This document shows, piece after piece, positions 40,853 to 49,915 of a DNA stretch of 64,000 bases (position 1 is the first letter of the stretch; every line of letters starts with the position of its first letter). Location: IMG/VR virus record IMGVR_UViG_3300045988_066710; one strand, written 5' to 3'. Under the pieces are notes generated by a model. The model was not told the origin of the DNA. It made no database searches and saw nothing but the letters and a program-made list of their open reading frames with translations. The translations under genes and the position numbers were made by a program. Origin of the DNA: a virus.

Positions 40853-41227
40853 ATGGACAGAAATCAAGCTAAAGAATTTTATCCTATTCTGCAAGCATTT
40901 GCAGAAGGAAAGGCAATTGAATGTAGAACTAAACCAAGTGCATTAAGCAAAAGCTGGCAAGGTATGAATGATTGGACGGAAATAAAAGAAATAGGGTACT
41001 GGGATAATATAGAATACCGAATTAAGCCAGAACCAAAGTACCGTCCATTTAAGGATGCAAAAGAGTGCTGGCAAGAAATGCAAAAGCATCAGCCATTTGG
41101 ATGGGTGAAATATGCAGATAAATATATTTCTATATCAGCAATAGACTCAAACAATGATTATGAAATCGATTTTGATGATTATACTTTTGCTGATAGTACT
41201 CCATTTGGTGTGAAAATAGAGGAATAG
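40853..41227 (+). CDS. paralog A of a duplicated gene pair (with 41462..41848)
   Basis: Shares ILQAFAEGKAIE, YRIKPEPKYRPFKDAKECWQEMQKH and PFGV with its partner. The start is trimmed from the TTG at 40847 to the ATG at 40853. Confidence 0.55.
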   Translation: MDRNQAKEFYPILQAFAEGKAIECRTKPSALSKSWQGMNDWTEIKEIGYWDNIEYRIKPEPKYRPFKDAKECWQEMQKHQPFGWVKYADKYISISAIDSNNDYEIDFDDYTFADSTPFGVKIEE

Positions 41228-41251
41228 TTATGGAAATTAATGAAAAAATAA

Positions 41252-41431
41252 ATGAAAATTAAAAATAAAATGATAAAATATCTTATTATTATATTAGGAT
41301 TAGTAGGAGGTGTTCTTATTGCTTCTAGTATAATCCTATTTGCATTTAGATTAGATTCCTTGTTTGGTTTATTTATAATAGGGGTATTTATTCTTTTAGC
41401 TGATTATATTATATTTGACATTATATCTTGA
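41252..41431 (+). CDS. two-TM small membrane protein (59 aa)
   Basis: Hand translation begins MKIKNKMIKYLIIILGLVGGVLIASSIILFAFRLDSLFGLFIIGVFILLADYIIFDIIS*. Confidence 0.4.
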   Translation: MKIKNKMIKYLIIILGLVGGVLIASSIILFAFRLDSLFGLFIIGVFILLADYIIFDIIS

Positions 41432-41461
41432 AGAATCAAACTAATTTAAATAGAAAGTAAC

Positions 41462-41848
41462 ATGAATAAAGATAAGGTAAAAAAGCTAGCTGAAATATTA
41501 CAGGCTTATTTAGCTGGAAGAGAAATTGAATTTTATTCTTCTATCTTTAATGAATGGAAGCCTGCTTTTATAACTGATATTAGTAGCTTGATAAAAAATA
41601 TTGATAATTATAGAATTAAACCAGAAGTAAAGTATAGACCTTTTAAAAATTTAAAAGAATGTCTAGAAGAAATGCAATGTCATATTCCTTATGGTTGGAT
41701 AAAAACAAATAATAATGTTCATCGTTTAATAACCCTTTTAGATGAAGATAGAACACTAATAGGTCATCAAGAGACAAGTTGGACTTATGAAAAACTATTT
41801 GAGAGTTTTACCTTTATGGATGGTAAACCTTTTGGTGTAAGATATTAA
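41462..41848 (+). CDS. paralog B of the duplicated pair
   Basis: Carries ILQAYLAGREIE, YRIKPEVKYRPFKNLKECLEEMQCH and PFGV. Confidence 0.55.
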   Translation: MNKDKVKKLAEILQAYLAGREIEFYSSIFNEWKPAFITDISSLIKNIDNYRIKPEVKYRPFKNLKECLEEMQCHIPYGWIKTNNNVHRLITLLDEDRTLIGHQETSWTYEKLFESFTFMDGKPFGVRY

Positions 41849-42312
41849 CTTATTTAAATTAGAGTATATGGAATATATTATAGTTCTTTTATGTATTTTT
41901 ATAATTATATTAATGATTATTAATTTACCCTAAATTATATGGCAATAATAGCTAGTATATTTTGTTTTATTTATATATGTATGATAATATATGTATTAAA
42001 TGAAATATTTAAAATGAAATAGAAAATACTAATAATTATAACATAACAAATAAAGAAATTATTCGAGTAAAAATTTTTGGTCTACTATTTTTGAATACTC
42101 GCTAATCACTAAAAATAGAGTAATAATAGTATTTTCTATAGTCCATAAATGCAAAAATTAGTAAGACTATAAACTCTAATTTACGTGATTTTGAAACTAA
42201 GATTTTAAGAGAAAAAGCTAGTGAGTTCTTACTATTTCTTATTATTAAAGAAAAGTGACTTTTACATAACAGTTTTCAATAGTAAAACTGTTAATTTTAA
42301 TATTTATAATAT

Positions 42313-42525
42313 ATGAAGAATAAGAAATTACATGACATTATGAAGCATAGTAATGATGTCACTAAAAAATTAGTAGAGGTTAATAACTTAGATAATCCTA
42401 AAGAGATTGCTAAAATTAATCAGATTACTGATTTATTTATATCAGTTAAAAATAATACAAAATTACTGCAATTATTAGTAGTTGCAGTAGATATGGTAGT
42501 AGATTACATTAATAAAAATAAATAA
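42313..42525 (+). CDS. hypothetical protein (70 aa)
   Basis: ORF after a 460-nt gene-poor spacer. Confidence 0.45.
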   Translation: MKNKKLHDIMKHSNDVTKKLVEVNNLDNPKEIAKINQITDLFISVKNNTKLLQLLVVAVDMVVDYINKNK

Positions 42526-42532
42526 GAAAACT

Positions 42533-42829
42533 ATGGAAATTAAAGCTAGTGTGAAGATTATTGAAGGAGGATTTGAAGAATCAGTAAATTTCTCTGTTAA
42601 AGGTAATTTTAATATTAATTTTAAAATAACTCGTACTCCTGTAAGAGTAAGAGTGCTAAATATCTCTAATGAATCATATGATTATATGACTTCCAAAGAG
42701 TGCCCTGAATGGAGTAAAAAGGCAGAATGGCTTTCTATGTCTAAAAAGAAGAGATTTGAATCTCATCTTAATAGAATAGCACACGATTGCTTGGGAAAGG
42801 TTATGGATTATGAAGTTTTTAATGATTAA
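42533..42829 (+). CDS. hypothetical protein (98 aa)
   Basis: ORF in the array. Confidence 0.5.
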   Translation: MEIKASVKIIEGGFEESVNFSVKGNFNINFKITRTPVRVRVLNISNESYDYMTSKECPEWSKKAEWLSMSKKKRFESHLNRIAHDCLGKVMDYEVFND

Positions 42830-42925
42830 ATATGTGAAATAGACGGTTTGTTTATAAAGTTTTTTTACTCTTAGATAGTAGTCTGTTGTGAAACACACTA
42901 CTATCATTTTTTAATAACTAAAAAT

Positions 42926-43105
42926 ATGATAAAGATTATAATAATAATATGTATTATTATTCTTTTATTATTCCTATATAATAAATATAGTCCTAAAGTA
43001 GATGTTATATTGTCTAATGGAAATTATGTATTTATTATGTGGTATAATGATAGAGATAATAATGGAAATTATGTAAGAACTTATAAAAGATTACTTACAT
43101 TATAA
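42926..43105 (+). CDS. N-terminally anchored small protein (59 aa)
   Basis: Hand translation gives MIKIIIIICIIILLLFLYNKYSPKVDVILSNGNYVFIMWYNDRDNNGNYVRTYKRLLTL*. Confidence 0.4.
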   Translation: MIKIIIIICIIILLLFLYNKYSPKVDVILSNGNYVFIMWYNDRDNNGNYVRTYKRLLTL

Positions 43106-43116
43106 AAGACTTAATT

Positions 43117-43527
43117 ATGAAGAATATAAGAATTAGTTGTGGTTTTGCATTATATATGCTTATTATAGTAGCAATGTTATGTTTTACTACTATTAAATGT
43201 TGTGCACAAACTATAACTCATGTAACTTTGACATGTTACCAACCAGTTAAAAGCCAATGTGATAAGAATCCATTGATTACTGCTGATGGTAGCAAGATAA
43301 ATCTACATCATTTAAAAAATAATAAGATTAAATGGTGTGCAATCTCTAGAGACTTACTATGGTTATTTCCTAAGAATAAACCTAAGAAAGTATATATTGA
43401 AGGATATGGAATATATCTAGTTAAAGATGTTATGAATAAAAGACATAAACATAGAATAGATATACTTATACATCCCAAAAGTTCAAAGAGAATTAGTATT
43501 AATAATGTTAAAGTAAAAATATTATAA
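43117..43527 (+). CDS. secreted 3D-domain (DPBB-fold, MltA/RlpA-like) protein
   Basis: Signal-like N-terminus. TCYQPVKSQCDKNPLITADGSKI...WCAISRDLL...GIYLVKDVMNKRHKHRIDIL follows the 3D-domain pattern. Confidence 0.5.
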   Translation: MKNIRISCGFALYMLIIVAMLCFTTIKCCAQTITHVTLTCYQPVKSQCDKNPLITADGSKINLHHLKNNKIKWCAISRDLLWLFPKNKPKKVYIEGYGIYLVKDVMNKRHKHRIDILIHPKSSKRISINNVKVKIL

Positions 43528-43955
43528 TGTGTTTTAATAAAAGAATATCCTTAAGTAACTATCAGGAAAGTGAGTATGAAAAAATAACAGAAATTCTTGA
43601 ACAGGATACAATAGTATATAAAATTGTAGTTAAACATACTGGATTATTTCCTTTTCTTACTAAGAATTCCTATTTTGCACCTTTTTATGATTATAAATAT
43701 AAGAAGAAAAAGATATGTACTAGTCCTTTACAGATAGAATTTAGAAAGGAGGATGAATATATTGATATTATAGTTAAGAATGGTTTTCATAGTTTTAAGA
43801 CTCTAAAAGATCTTAAGAAATCTGTATTTTGGTCTTCAGAGTATGCTGTTGCCAAATTCATTATTCCTAAAGGTAGTACTGTAATTATTAATAATACTCA
43901 AGTAGTATCAGATAAAATTATGTTTTATAAAGAAGTAAATCCATATAATGACTAG
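43527..43955 (+). CDS. member 3 of the 'MC...' paralog family
   Basis: Carries MCFNKR, DTIVYKIV, KNGFHSFK and FIIPKGSTVIINNTQVVSDKIMFY. Confidence 0.55.
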   Translation: MCFNKRISLSNYQESEYEKITEILEQDTIVYKIVVKHTGLFPFLTKNSYFAPFYDYKYKKKKICTSPLQIEFRKEDEYIDIIVKNGFHSFKTLKDLKKSVFWSSEYAVAKFIIPKGSTVIINNTQVVSDKIMFYKEVNPYND

Positions 43956-45165
43956 AGAAGAAGCTGCTAATAATGCTTTAAATAAAGTATTATTAGTAAA
44001 ATCTACTATCTTATATTTGGGTACAGGTTATGGTAAGTCAAAACTCGCTATTGACTGTATTAATAAGATAGCAGATTTTAATTTTAAACAAAATGAAGAA
44101 GAAACTACTGTTAGTATTATTGTTCCCAGACAACCATTAATAAATAATTGGAAAGAAGAAATAAAGAAATGGGGATGTAATACTGATAAAATAGAGATTC
44201 TTTGTTATAATAGTATTCATAAACTTAATAAATATTGTAATTGTATAGTATTTGATGAAGCTCATCATTTAAGTGAACTTAAAAGGGAAATTCTTGATGA
44301 TATTTTTAAGGTTAATCCTAATGTTAAATTACTATTTTTAAGTGCTACAATTCCTCGTGATATTATGGATTATATGAAATCTTTGGGTACTTATAATATA
44401 GTTAAAGGTAACATTGCTGATGGTATTAAAGATGAAGTATTACCTACACCTATAATTTATACTATTCCTTTATATTTAGATAATATTAAAAGTGTAGCAG
44501 AGATAATAAAGAATCCTAGATGTAGTAATCCTGTTACTTGTAATTATGATGAAAGATGGAATTTTATTAAAAGATTTACTACAAGAAAGATAATTATCAA
44601 ATGTACCCAAAAGCAATATTATAATGAGTTAAGTGATAAAATAGACTGGTATAAAAGAAAATTTATGTTTAATAAAACTGTAGTCTTTAAGAATAAATGG
44701 CTTAGAGCAGCTTCAGAAAGATTAAAATGGCTTTCAGAACAGAAGGTAGATATATGTCAGTCTATTATCTCTATCTTACAGGACCAGAGAGTACTCTTAT
44801 TCTGCAATAATATTGAGCAGTCTTTAAAGTTTAAGAATTATGCTCCTATTAATAGTAAGAATAAGAACTCTTTACAGAATCTTGATGATTTCAATAATAG
44901 TAAGATTAATCATATATCTAGTGTTAATATGCTTTCAGAAGGTATGAATTTAACTAATTGTAGAGTAGGATTATTCTGTAATTTAAATGCCTCAGAAATT
45001 CTTTCACAACAGAAATTTGGAAGGTTATTAAGACATCCTAAACCAATAGTTATTATACCTTATTTTAAAGATACTAGAGATGAGGAATTAAAAGATAAAA
45101 TGCTCAAGGATTATGATAGTTCTATGATAAAAGAAATTACTGATATTAAAGATATTAAGCTATGA
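43948..45165 (+). CDS. SF2 (SNF2/DEAH-type) helicase
   Basis: Walker A GTGYGKS, DEAH box FDEAHH, motif III SAT, and C-terminal helicase motifs (QKFGRLLR). Confidence 0.7.
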   Translation: MTREEAANNALNKVLLVKSTILYLGTGYGKSKLAIDCINKIADFNFKQNEEETTVSIIVPRQPLINNWKEEIKKWGCNTDKIEILCYNSIHKLNKYCNCIVFDEAHHLSELKREILDDIFKVNPNVKLLFLSATIPRDIMDYMKSLGTYNIVKGNIADGIKDEVLPTPIIYTIPLYLDNIKSVAEIIKNPRCSNPVTCNYDERWNFIKRFTTRKIIIKCTQKQYYNELSDKIDWYKRKFMFNKTVVFKNKWLRAASERLKWLSEQKVDICQSIISILQDQRVLLFCNNIEQSLKFKNYAPINSKNKNSLQNLDDFNNSKINHISSVNMLSEGMNLTNCRVGLFCNLNASEILSQQKFGRLLRHPKPIVIIPYFKDTRDEELKDKMLKDYDSSMIKEITDIKDIKL

Positions 45166-45767
45166 AATTTGTTATAGATGATACAGTATGTGAGAAATAT
45201 AATCTTACTGCTCAGCAAGTATTTATATTACTTGCTTTACAATGCCAAAATGATAAACTGTATGAAGATTTAATTGAGAAGGGGTTAATTACTAAATGTA
45301 ATTGTTCTCTTTTTGAATTAAATAAGAAATATAGTGTTATTAATAAAGGTATTAACCTCTGTAATTCTGTATTACTTGATAGTAGTAAAGATACTAAGAA
45401 AACAATTAATATTGTTAATCTTAGATGTCAGAATTTAGCAATAAAACTAAGGGATATATACCCTAAAGGTAAAATGCCTGGAACTAGTTATTATTATAAA
45501 GGTAATATAGAAGATATTAGAAAAAAGTTACAGAGTTTCTTCTTAAGATATCCAAATTATACAGATGAGCAAATAATTACAGCTACTCAGAAGTATATTA
45601 ATTCTATGAATGGTGATTATACTTATCTTAAATTATTAAAGTATTTTATTTGGAAATCTGAGGTAAAAGATGGAGAACAGGTAGTAACTTCAATTCTTTC
45701 TGATTATATAGAGAATGAAGGTCAGGAAGATAATATTAATAATGATTGGACATCAGAGTTAAAATGA
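45162..45767 (+). CDS. hypothetical replication-module protein (201 aa)
   Basis: ORF with an ATGA overlap onto the helicase gene. Confidence 0.5.
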   Translation: MKFVIDDTVCEKYNLTAQQVFILLALQCQNDKLYEDLIEKGLITKCNCSLFELNKKYSVINKGINLCNSVLLDSSKDTKKTINIVNLRCQNLAIKLRDIYPKGKMPGTSYYYKGNIEDIRKKLQSFFLRYPNYTDEQIITATQKYINSMNGDYTYLKLLKYFIWKSEVKDGEQVVTSILSDYIENEGQEDNINNDWTSELK

Positions 45768-45861
45768 AAGAAGAATTTACAACATATGAGTATTTTAAGG
45801 AAGATACTCCTATTAATATTAAGAAATAAATTATTGTTTAATTAATTAAATATAAAGTAAA

Positions 45862-46215
45862 ATGAATAACAACATTGAAACATTTAAGCTACAGCATGTA
45901 GCTCTTGAGTTTAAGGTAAATGAAGTAAAGCAGACTGTAACTGCTATTGAGAAGTTTATTGTACCTAAGTTTAAGCTTAGATTTACAACAGTAGGTGTAT
46001 CTAAGCTTAATACAGAGAAGGGTGATACCTTTGATGTAGAAACTGGTAAGAAACTTGCTAGAGCTAAAGCTGAAAAGGAAGCTTTCTCTAGATTCAAGGC
46101 AGAGTTGAAGAAGTTCCTTAAGTGGAATATGGCTCTTAATGATAAACTTAATGCTACCATTGAGAAGATGAACAATTATATTGACCATCAGAAGGAGTAT
46201 ATTAAGACATTCTAA
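45862..46215 (+). CDS. hypothetical protein (117 aa)
   Basis: Sense ORF in the rightward operon. Two antisense ORFs in the track were rejected. Confidence 0.5.
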   Translation: MNNNIETFKLQHVALEFKVNEVKQTVTAIEKFIVPKFKLRFTTVGVSKLNTEKGDTFDVETGKKLARAKAEKEAFSRFKAELKKFLKWNMALNDKLNATIEKMNNYIDHQKEYIKTF

Positions 46216-47396
46216 TGAGTTTAAGAGAGAGAGTATATGATAATCTAGTTAAAAGAAGAAACAGAATACTTGAAGGTAAAATTAATTGTATTCCTTCTTC
46301 TTTTACTAGATTTAAAGATGACTTTATTGGTATAGAACAAAGTACATATTATTGTATATCGTCCTTTACTAAAGGTGGAAAGTCTCAATTTACTTCATAT
46401 ACTTTTATCTATAAACCACTACTTTATTGCTATTACCATAAAGAAGTAGGAGCAAATCTTAAAGTCTTATATTTTCCTTTAGAAGAAACACCTGAAAGAA
46501 TTCTTCAAAGGTTTGAATGTTGGCTTCTATACGAGTATAGTAATCATACAATAAGAGTATCTCCTAGAGATTTAAGAAGTACTACTACTGCTATTTCACA
46601 GGAAGTATTAGATTTATTACAATCTGATGAAGTTCAGGATATTATTAAGTATTTTGAAGAACATGTTATATTTCCTGAAGAAAAGCCTAATCCTACTGGT
46701 ATTCTTAATTATTGTAAAAGTTATGCTAGACAACATGGTACTGAATATACTAAAAAGGGTAAATATAAAGATGAATGGGGACAAATAAAAGAAACAGAAG
46801 TATTTGACCATTATGAACAGGATGACCCTAATGAATATAGGTTAATTGTTATTGATACTATGAATCTTATAGATACTGAAAGAGGTATGACTCTTAAACA
46901 ATCTATGGATAAATTGTCAGAATATTTAGCTAAATATTTAAGAAATAGATATAAGTTTTCTCCTGTAGTAATTCAGCAACAAGCTTTTGAATCTGAAGGT
47001 AATGATGCTTTTAAATTAAATAGATTAAGACCTAGTGCTCAGGGTTTAGGTGATAGTAAGTATATATCAAGAGACTGCAATGTACTATTAGGATTATTTT
47101 CTCCATTTAGATTTAGTTTAGATACATATTTAGATTATAATATAAAGAAATTTAAGGATAATATTAGATTTCTTGAAGTATGTATAAATCGAGATGGTGA
47201 AATGGGAGGTATTGCTCCTTTATTCTTTGATGGTGCAGTATGTGCTTTTGATGAATTACCATTACCTAATAATAAAGTAGAATTAGAAAAGGTATATAAG
47301 TATTTAGATAAGATAAGAAATAAACAAACAGTTAATACTACTATAAGTATGTTTGTTTGTGGTATAATAAAAAGAGTTAAAGATTTGCTAGAGTAA
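46215..47396 (+). CDS. DnaB-like (SF4) replicative helicase
   Basis: Walker A FTKGGKSQF, Walker B RLIVIDTMNLID, plus VVIQQQAFES and DSKYISRDCNVLLGLFSP (compare DnaB GSGAIEQDADVV). Confidence 0.75.
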   Translation: MSLRERVYDNLVKRRNRILEGKINCIPSSFTRFKDDFIGIEQSTYYCISSFTKGGKSQFTSYTFIYKPLLYCYYHKEVGANLKVLYFPLEETPERILQRFECWLLYEYSNHTIRVSPRDLRSTTTAISQEVLDLLQSDEVQDIIKYFEEHVIFPEEKPNPTGILNYCKSYARQHGTEYTKKGKYKDEWGQIKETEVFDHYEQDDPNEYRLIVIDTMNLIDTERGMTLKQSMDKLSEYLAKYLRNRYKFSPVVIQQQAFESEGNDAFKLNRLRPSAQGLGDSKYISRDCNVLLGLFSPFRFSLDTYLDYNIKKFKDNIRFLEVCINRDGEMGGIAPLFFDGAVCAFDELPLPNNKVELEKVYKYLDKIRNKQTVNTTISMFVCGIIKRVKDLLE

Positions 47397-47408
47397 AATA
47401 AATATATT

Positions 47409-47418
47409 ACTTTTGCAA
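47409..47418 (+). promoter_or_regulatory. possible -7 promoter box on the plus strand (TACTTTTGCA)
   Basis: Fits TAnnTTTG. It lies 25 nt upstream of the ATG at 47443. It is the only such match I noticed on the rightward arm. Confidence 0.35.
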
Positions 47419-47442
47419 TTCATTTAAAGAGTAGAAATTAAA

Positions 47443-48177
47443 ATGGCAAAGATTTTAGTACTTGCAAAAAGTGGATTTGGAAAAACTACTAGTTATTGTG
47501 GTAGAAAGAAGTTAGGTATTAAAGGTTTAAATCCTAAAGAAACTTTTGTAATACAATGTATTGGTAGAGCTGTTCCTAATCCAGAATTTAAGTTATGTCC
47601 ATCTACTAATGTGATGGATATGGTTAAAGGAAATAGAATGCAGATTGATAGTCTTAATGGACTTGAAAGATTTAAGAAAGTAGCAGAAGTTATTGATACT
47701 TTTAAGAATCCTAATTGCCCTTATAAGAATATTGTAATTGATGATTTTAATTATCTTGCACAAGATTTTTATATGGCAAATGCAATGAAGGGAGGATGGG
47801 ATACACCAAAACAAATAGGCTATGGAATGGGTCTTATCTTTGATTCATTTAAAGGATGCCCTGAAAATAAGAATATTATCTGTTGTGCCCATTATGAAGA
47901 GTATAAAGATAAAAATGGTGATTCTATTTCCTATAAGTTTAAGACTACAGGTAAGATGGTGGATGATTATATCACACCTGAAGGGAAGTTTGACATTATT
48001 CTCTTTGGTAAAGTAGGTTATGATGCAGAAAATAAGAAACCTATCAAGCATTTTGTTAAAGAGTTTGATGGAGAATATCCTGCTAAGGATAGCTTAGGAG
48101 TACTTGATGACTTACCTGATGAAATTCCTAATGATTTATCTATTGTAATGGATAAAATTAAAGAGGTGTATGGATAG
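47443..48177 (+). CDS. RecA-fold ATPase (AAA_24/Sak4-like)
   Basis: Walker A LAKSGFGKTTS and Walker B NIVIDDFN. Confidence 0.6.
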   Translation: MAKILVLAKSGFGKTTSYCGRKKLGIKGLNPKETFVIQCIGRAVPNPEFKLCPSTNVMDMVKGNRMQIDSLNGLERFKKVAEVIDTFKNPNCPYKNIVIDDFNYLAQDFYMANAMKGGWDTPKQIGYGMGLIFDSFKGCPENKNIICCAHYEEYKDKNGDSISYKFKTTGKMVDDYITPEGKFDIILFGKVGYDAENKKPIKHFVKEFDGEYPAKDSLGVLDDLPDEIPNDLSIVMDKIKEVYG

Positions 48178-48469
48178 AAATAAAATAGTTAGTATTGCTA
48201 CTTCTATATTAATATCTGGACATATTGCTTTACAAGATATTATCTTATTATTAGATAGTTATTGTATTGAAAAAGGTAAAGAAAGAAAATATATAGATAT
48301 ATTTGTTAAAACTATAATTTCCTTTCCTTATGAAATGTATAGTGAATATGTAAAGATAGCTCTTGAATATTATATGTGTAAGTATGCAATACATACATTA
48401 ACTAAACAAGAAAGCCTTAATTCTATATTTAATAGAAACACAAAAGAAAACATATTATTAATATATTAA
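48170..48469 (+). CDS. hypothetical protein (99 aa)
   Basis: ORF overlapping the ATPase stop. Confidence 0.45.
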   Translation: MDRNKIVSIATSILISGHIALQDIILLLDSYCIEKGKERKYIDIFVKTIISFPYEMYSEYVKIALEYYMCKYAIHTLTKQESLNSIFNRNTKENILLIY

Positions 48470-48483
48470 AAATAAAAGTAAAA

Positions 48484-48942
48484 ATGAAAGATTTAACAAA
48501 GTTGACATCACGTCAGATTTCTCAGATTAAGAACATTTATAAGGCTAATTCTAGTATTTATAGTAGAATTGAGACTTTGGAAAAGCACCTTAATAAAATT
48601 CAGGCAGAGCTTGATGAACAGTTAGCTATTATTGAGGCTAATGAAGCAGGTGTTAAGATGCTTACTGGTGGTTTTATTTCAAAGCAACTTATTAAGGATG
48701 AGCAGATTCCTCAGTTTAATGAGGATGGTACACCTAAGATGGATAAGGAAGGTAAGTATCAGCAGAAGAAGAGAGTCCTTACCTTTGTTGTTCCTGTACA
48801 GGAGCCAACAGAAGAAGTAGAACCAGATGGAACTACTACAAATATTGATACTACAGGTACTGATGAAAATGCTTTGAAATCTGAGGAAGAAGTATTCCCA
48901 GATAATCTTGGAAATGCAGATAATAATGATAATATTGATTAA
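48484..48942 (+). CDS. hypothetical protein with acidic C-terminal tail (152 aa)
   Basis: ORF with a coiled-coil N-terminus. It ends ...GNADNNDNID. Confidence 0.5.
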   Translation: MKDLTKLTSRQISQIKNIYKANSSIYSRIETLEKHLNKIQAELDEQLAIIEANEAGVKMLTGGFISKQLIKDEQIPQFNEDGTPKMDKEGKYQQKKRVLTFVVPVQEPTEEVEPDGTTTNIDTTGTDENALKSEEEVFPDNLGNADNNDNID

Positions 48943-48970
48943 TTATTAACAATTAAATAAAATAAAAGAA

Positions 48971-49903
48971 ATGAATACAACAATTAGTTTGATGGCATTT
49001 GGTAAAATTCAGGAGTCTACAGAAGCTACTGAATATAAGAAGTATATTGGTATTGCAGGCTGTAAAATAGTAGCCTTTAATCCTTCTAAGGAAGAACTTA
49101 GTAATCTCTATGGTAGAGATATTACTAAGGACCCTGAGTATTATGGGGTTATGAAGGATAATGATGGGAAGGAAATTCAGATGGCTTATCCTACATTTAT
49201 CTTGAAGTCTGACCCAGAAACTAATAATGGTATTGAGGAGTTCTTCCAGGCTAGATTCTCTATTCAGAATAATATCTTTACTAATAAGGAAAATACTAAG
49301 TGTCAAGTAATTGATTCTTATGGTAGAACTGCTTGGGCTACACAGGATGATGTTAAGAATAAAGCTATTCCTACATATACTGATAAAGAGACAGGTGAAG
49401 TTAAACCTTTTAGTATTAGTAATAATTATAGACCAGCTTTTAGGGGTGAAGAAGCTCTTACTATGTTCTTGCAGAACTATTTGAATATTCCTTCTTGTCA
49501 GAAGTATGTTAATGGTTCTTGGGTTATGATTGATAATCCACAGGATGCAGAATGTAGACTTGACCATATTACAGATTATTTCAAGGGTAATATGTCTGAA
49601 CTTAAAGATTGTATTACTTTGCAGCCTAATAATAAAGTTAAGGTTGCTATTGGTGTAAGAACTACTGATGACGGTAAGCAATATTCTAGTGTTTATACTC
49701 ACTTTACTATGAAGAATAGTAGTAATTCTACATCTAAGCTTGAAGCAGATATCCAGAATAGAAAGAATAATGGTGGTCTTGCTACTACAGAATTTGACTT
49801 TAAATCTCTTCATGAGTATACTGTATCAGAGACTAATTTTAGTGCTGAAAATAAGGAACTTCCTTTTGCAGCACCAACAAATAACCCTTGGGCAAACGCT
49901 TAA
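48971..49903 (+). CDS. possible ssDNA-binding protein (310 aa)
   Basis: The call rests only on its position between the recombination ATPase and the primase, and on its size. No motif confirms it. The 286-aa antisense ORF was rejected. Confidence 0.3.
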   Translation: MNTTISLMAFGKIQESTEATEYKKYIGIAGCKIVAFNPSKEELSNLYGRDITKDPEYYGVMKDNDGKEIQMAYPTFILKSDPETNNGIEEFFQARFSIQNNIFTNKENTKCQVIDSYGRTAWATQDDVKNKAIPTYTDKETGEVKPFSISNNYRPAFRGEEALTMFLQNYLNIPSCQKYVNGSWVMIDNPQDAECRLDHITDYFKGNMSELKDCITLQPNNKVKVAIGVRTTDDGKQYSSVYTHFTMKNSSNSTSKLEADIQNRKNNGGLATTEFDFKSLHEYTVSETNFSAENKELPFAAPTNNPWANA

Positions 49904-49915
49904 TATACTAATAAT

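Noticed and set aside
48953-49813. A 286-aa ORF on the minus strand, antisense to 48971..49903.
   Set aside because: Its composition is dominated by I/L/F/S/T/N/R, which is typical of the antisense frame of an AT-rich gene. It breaks the uniform rightward operon, whereas the sense ORF has normal composition and coupling to its neighbours.
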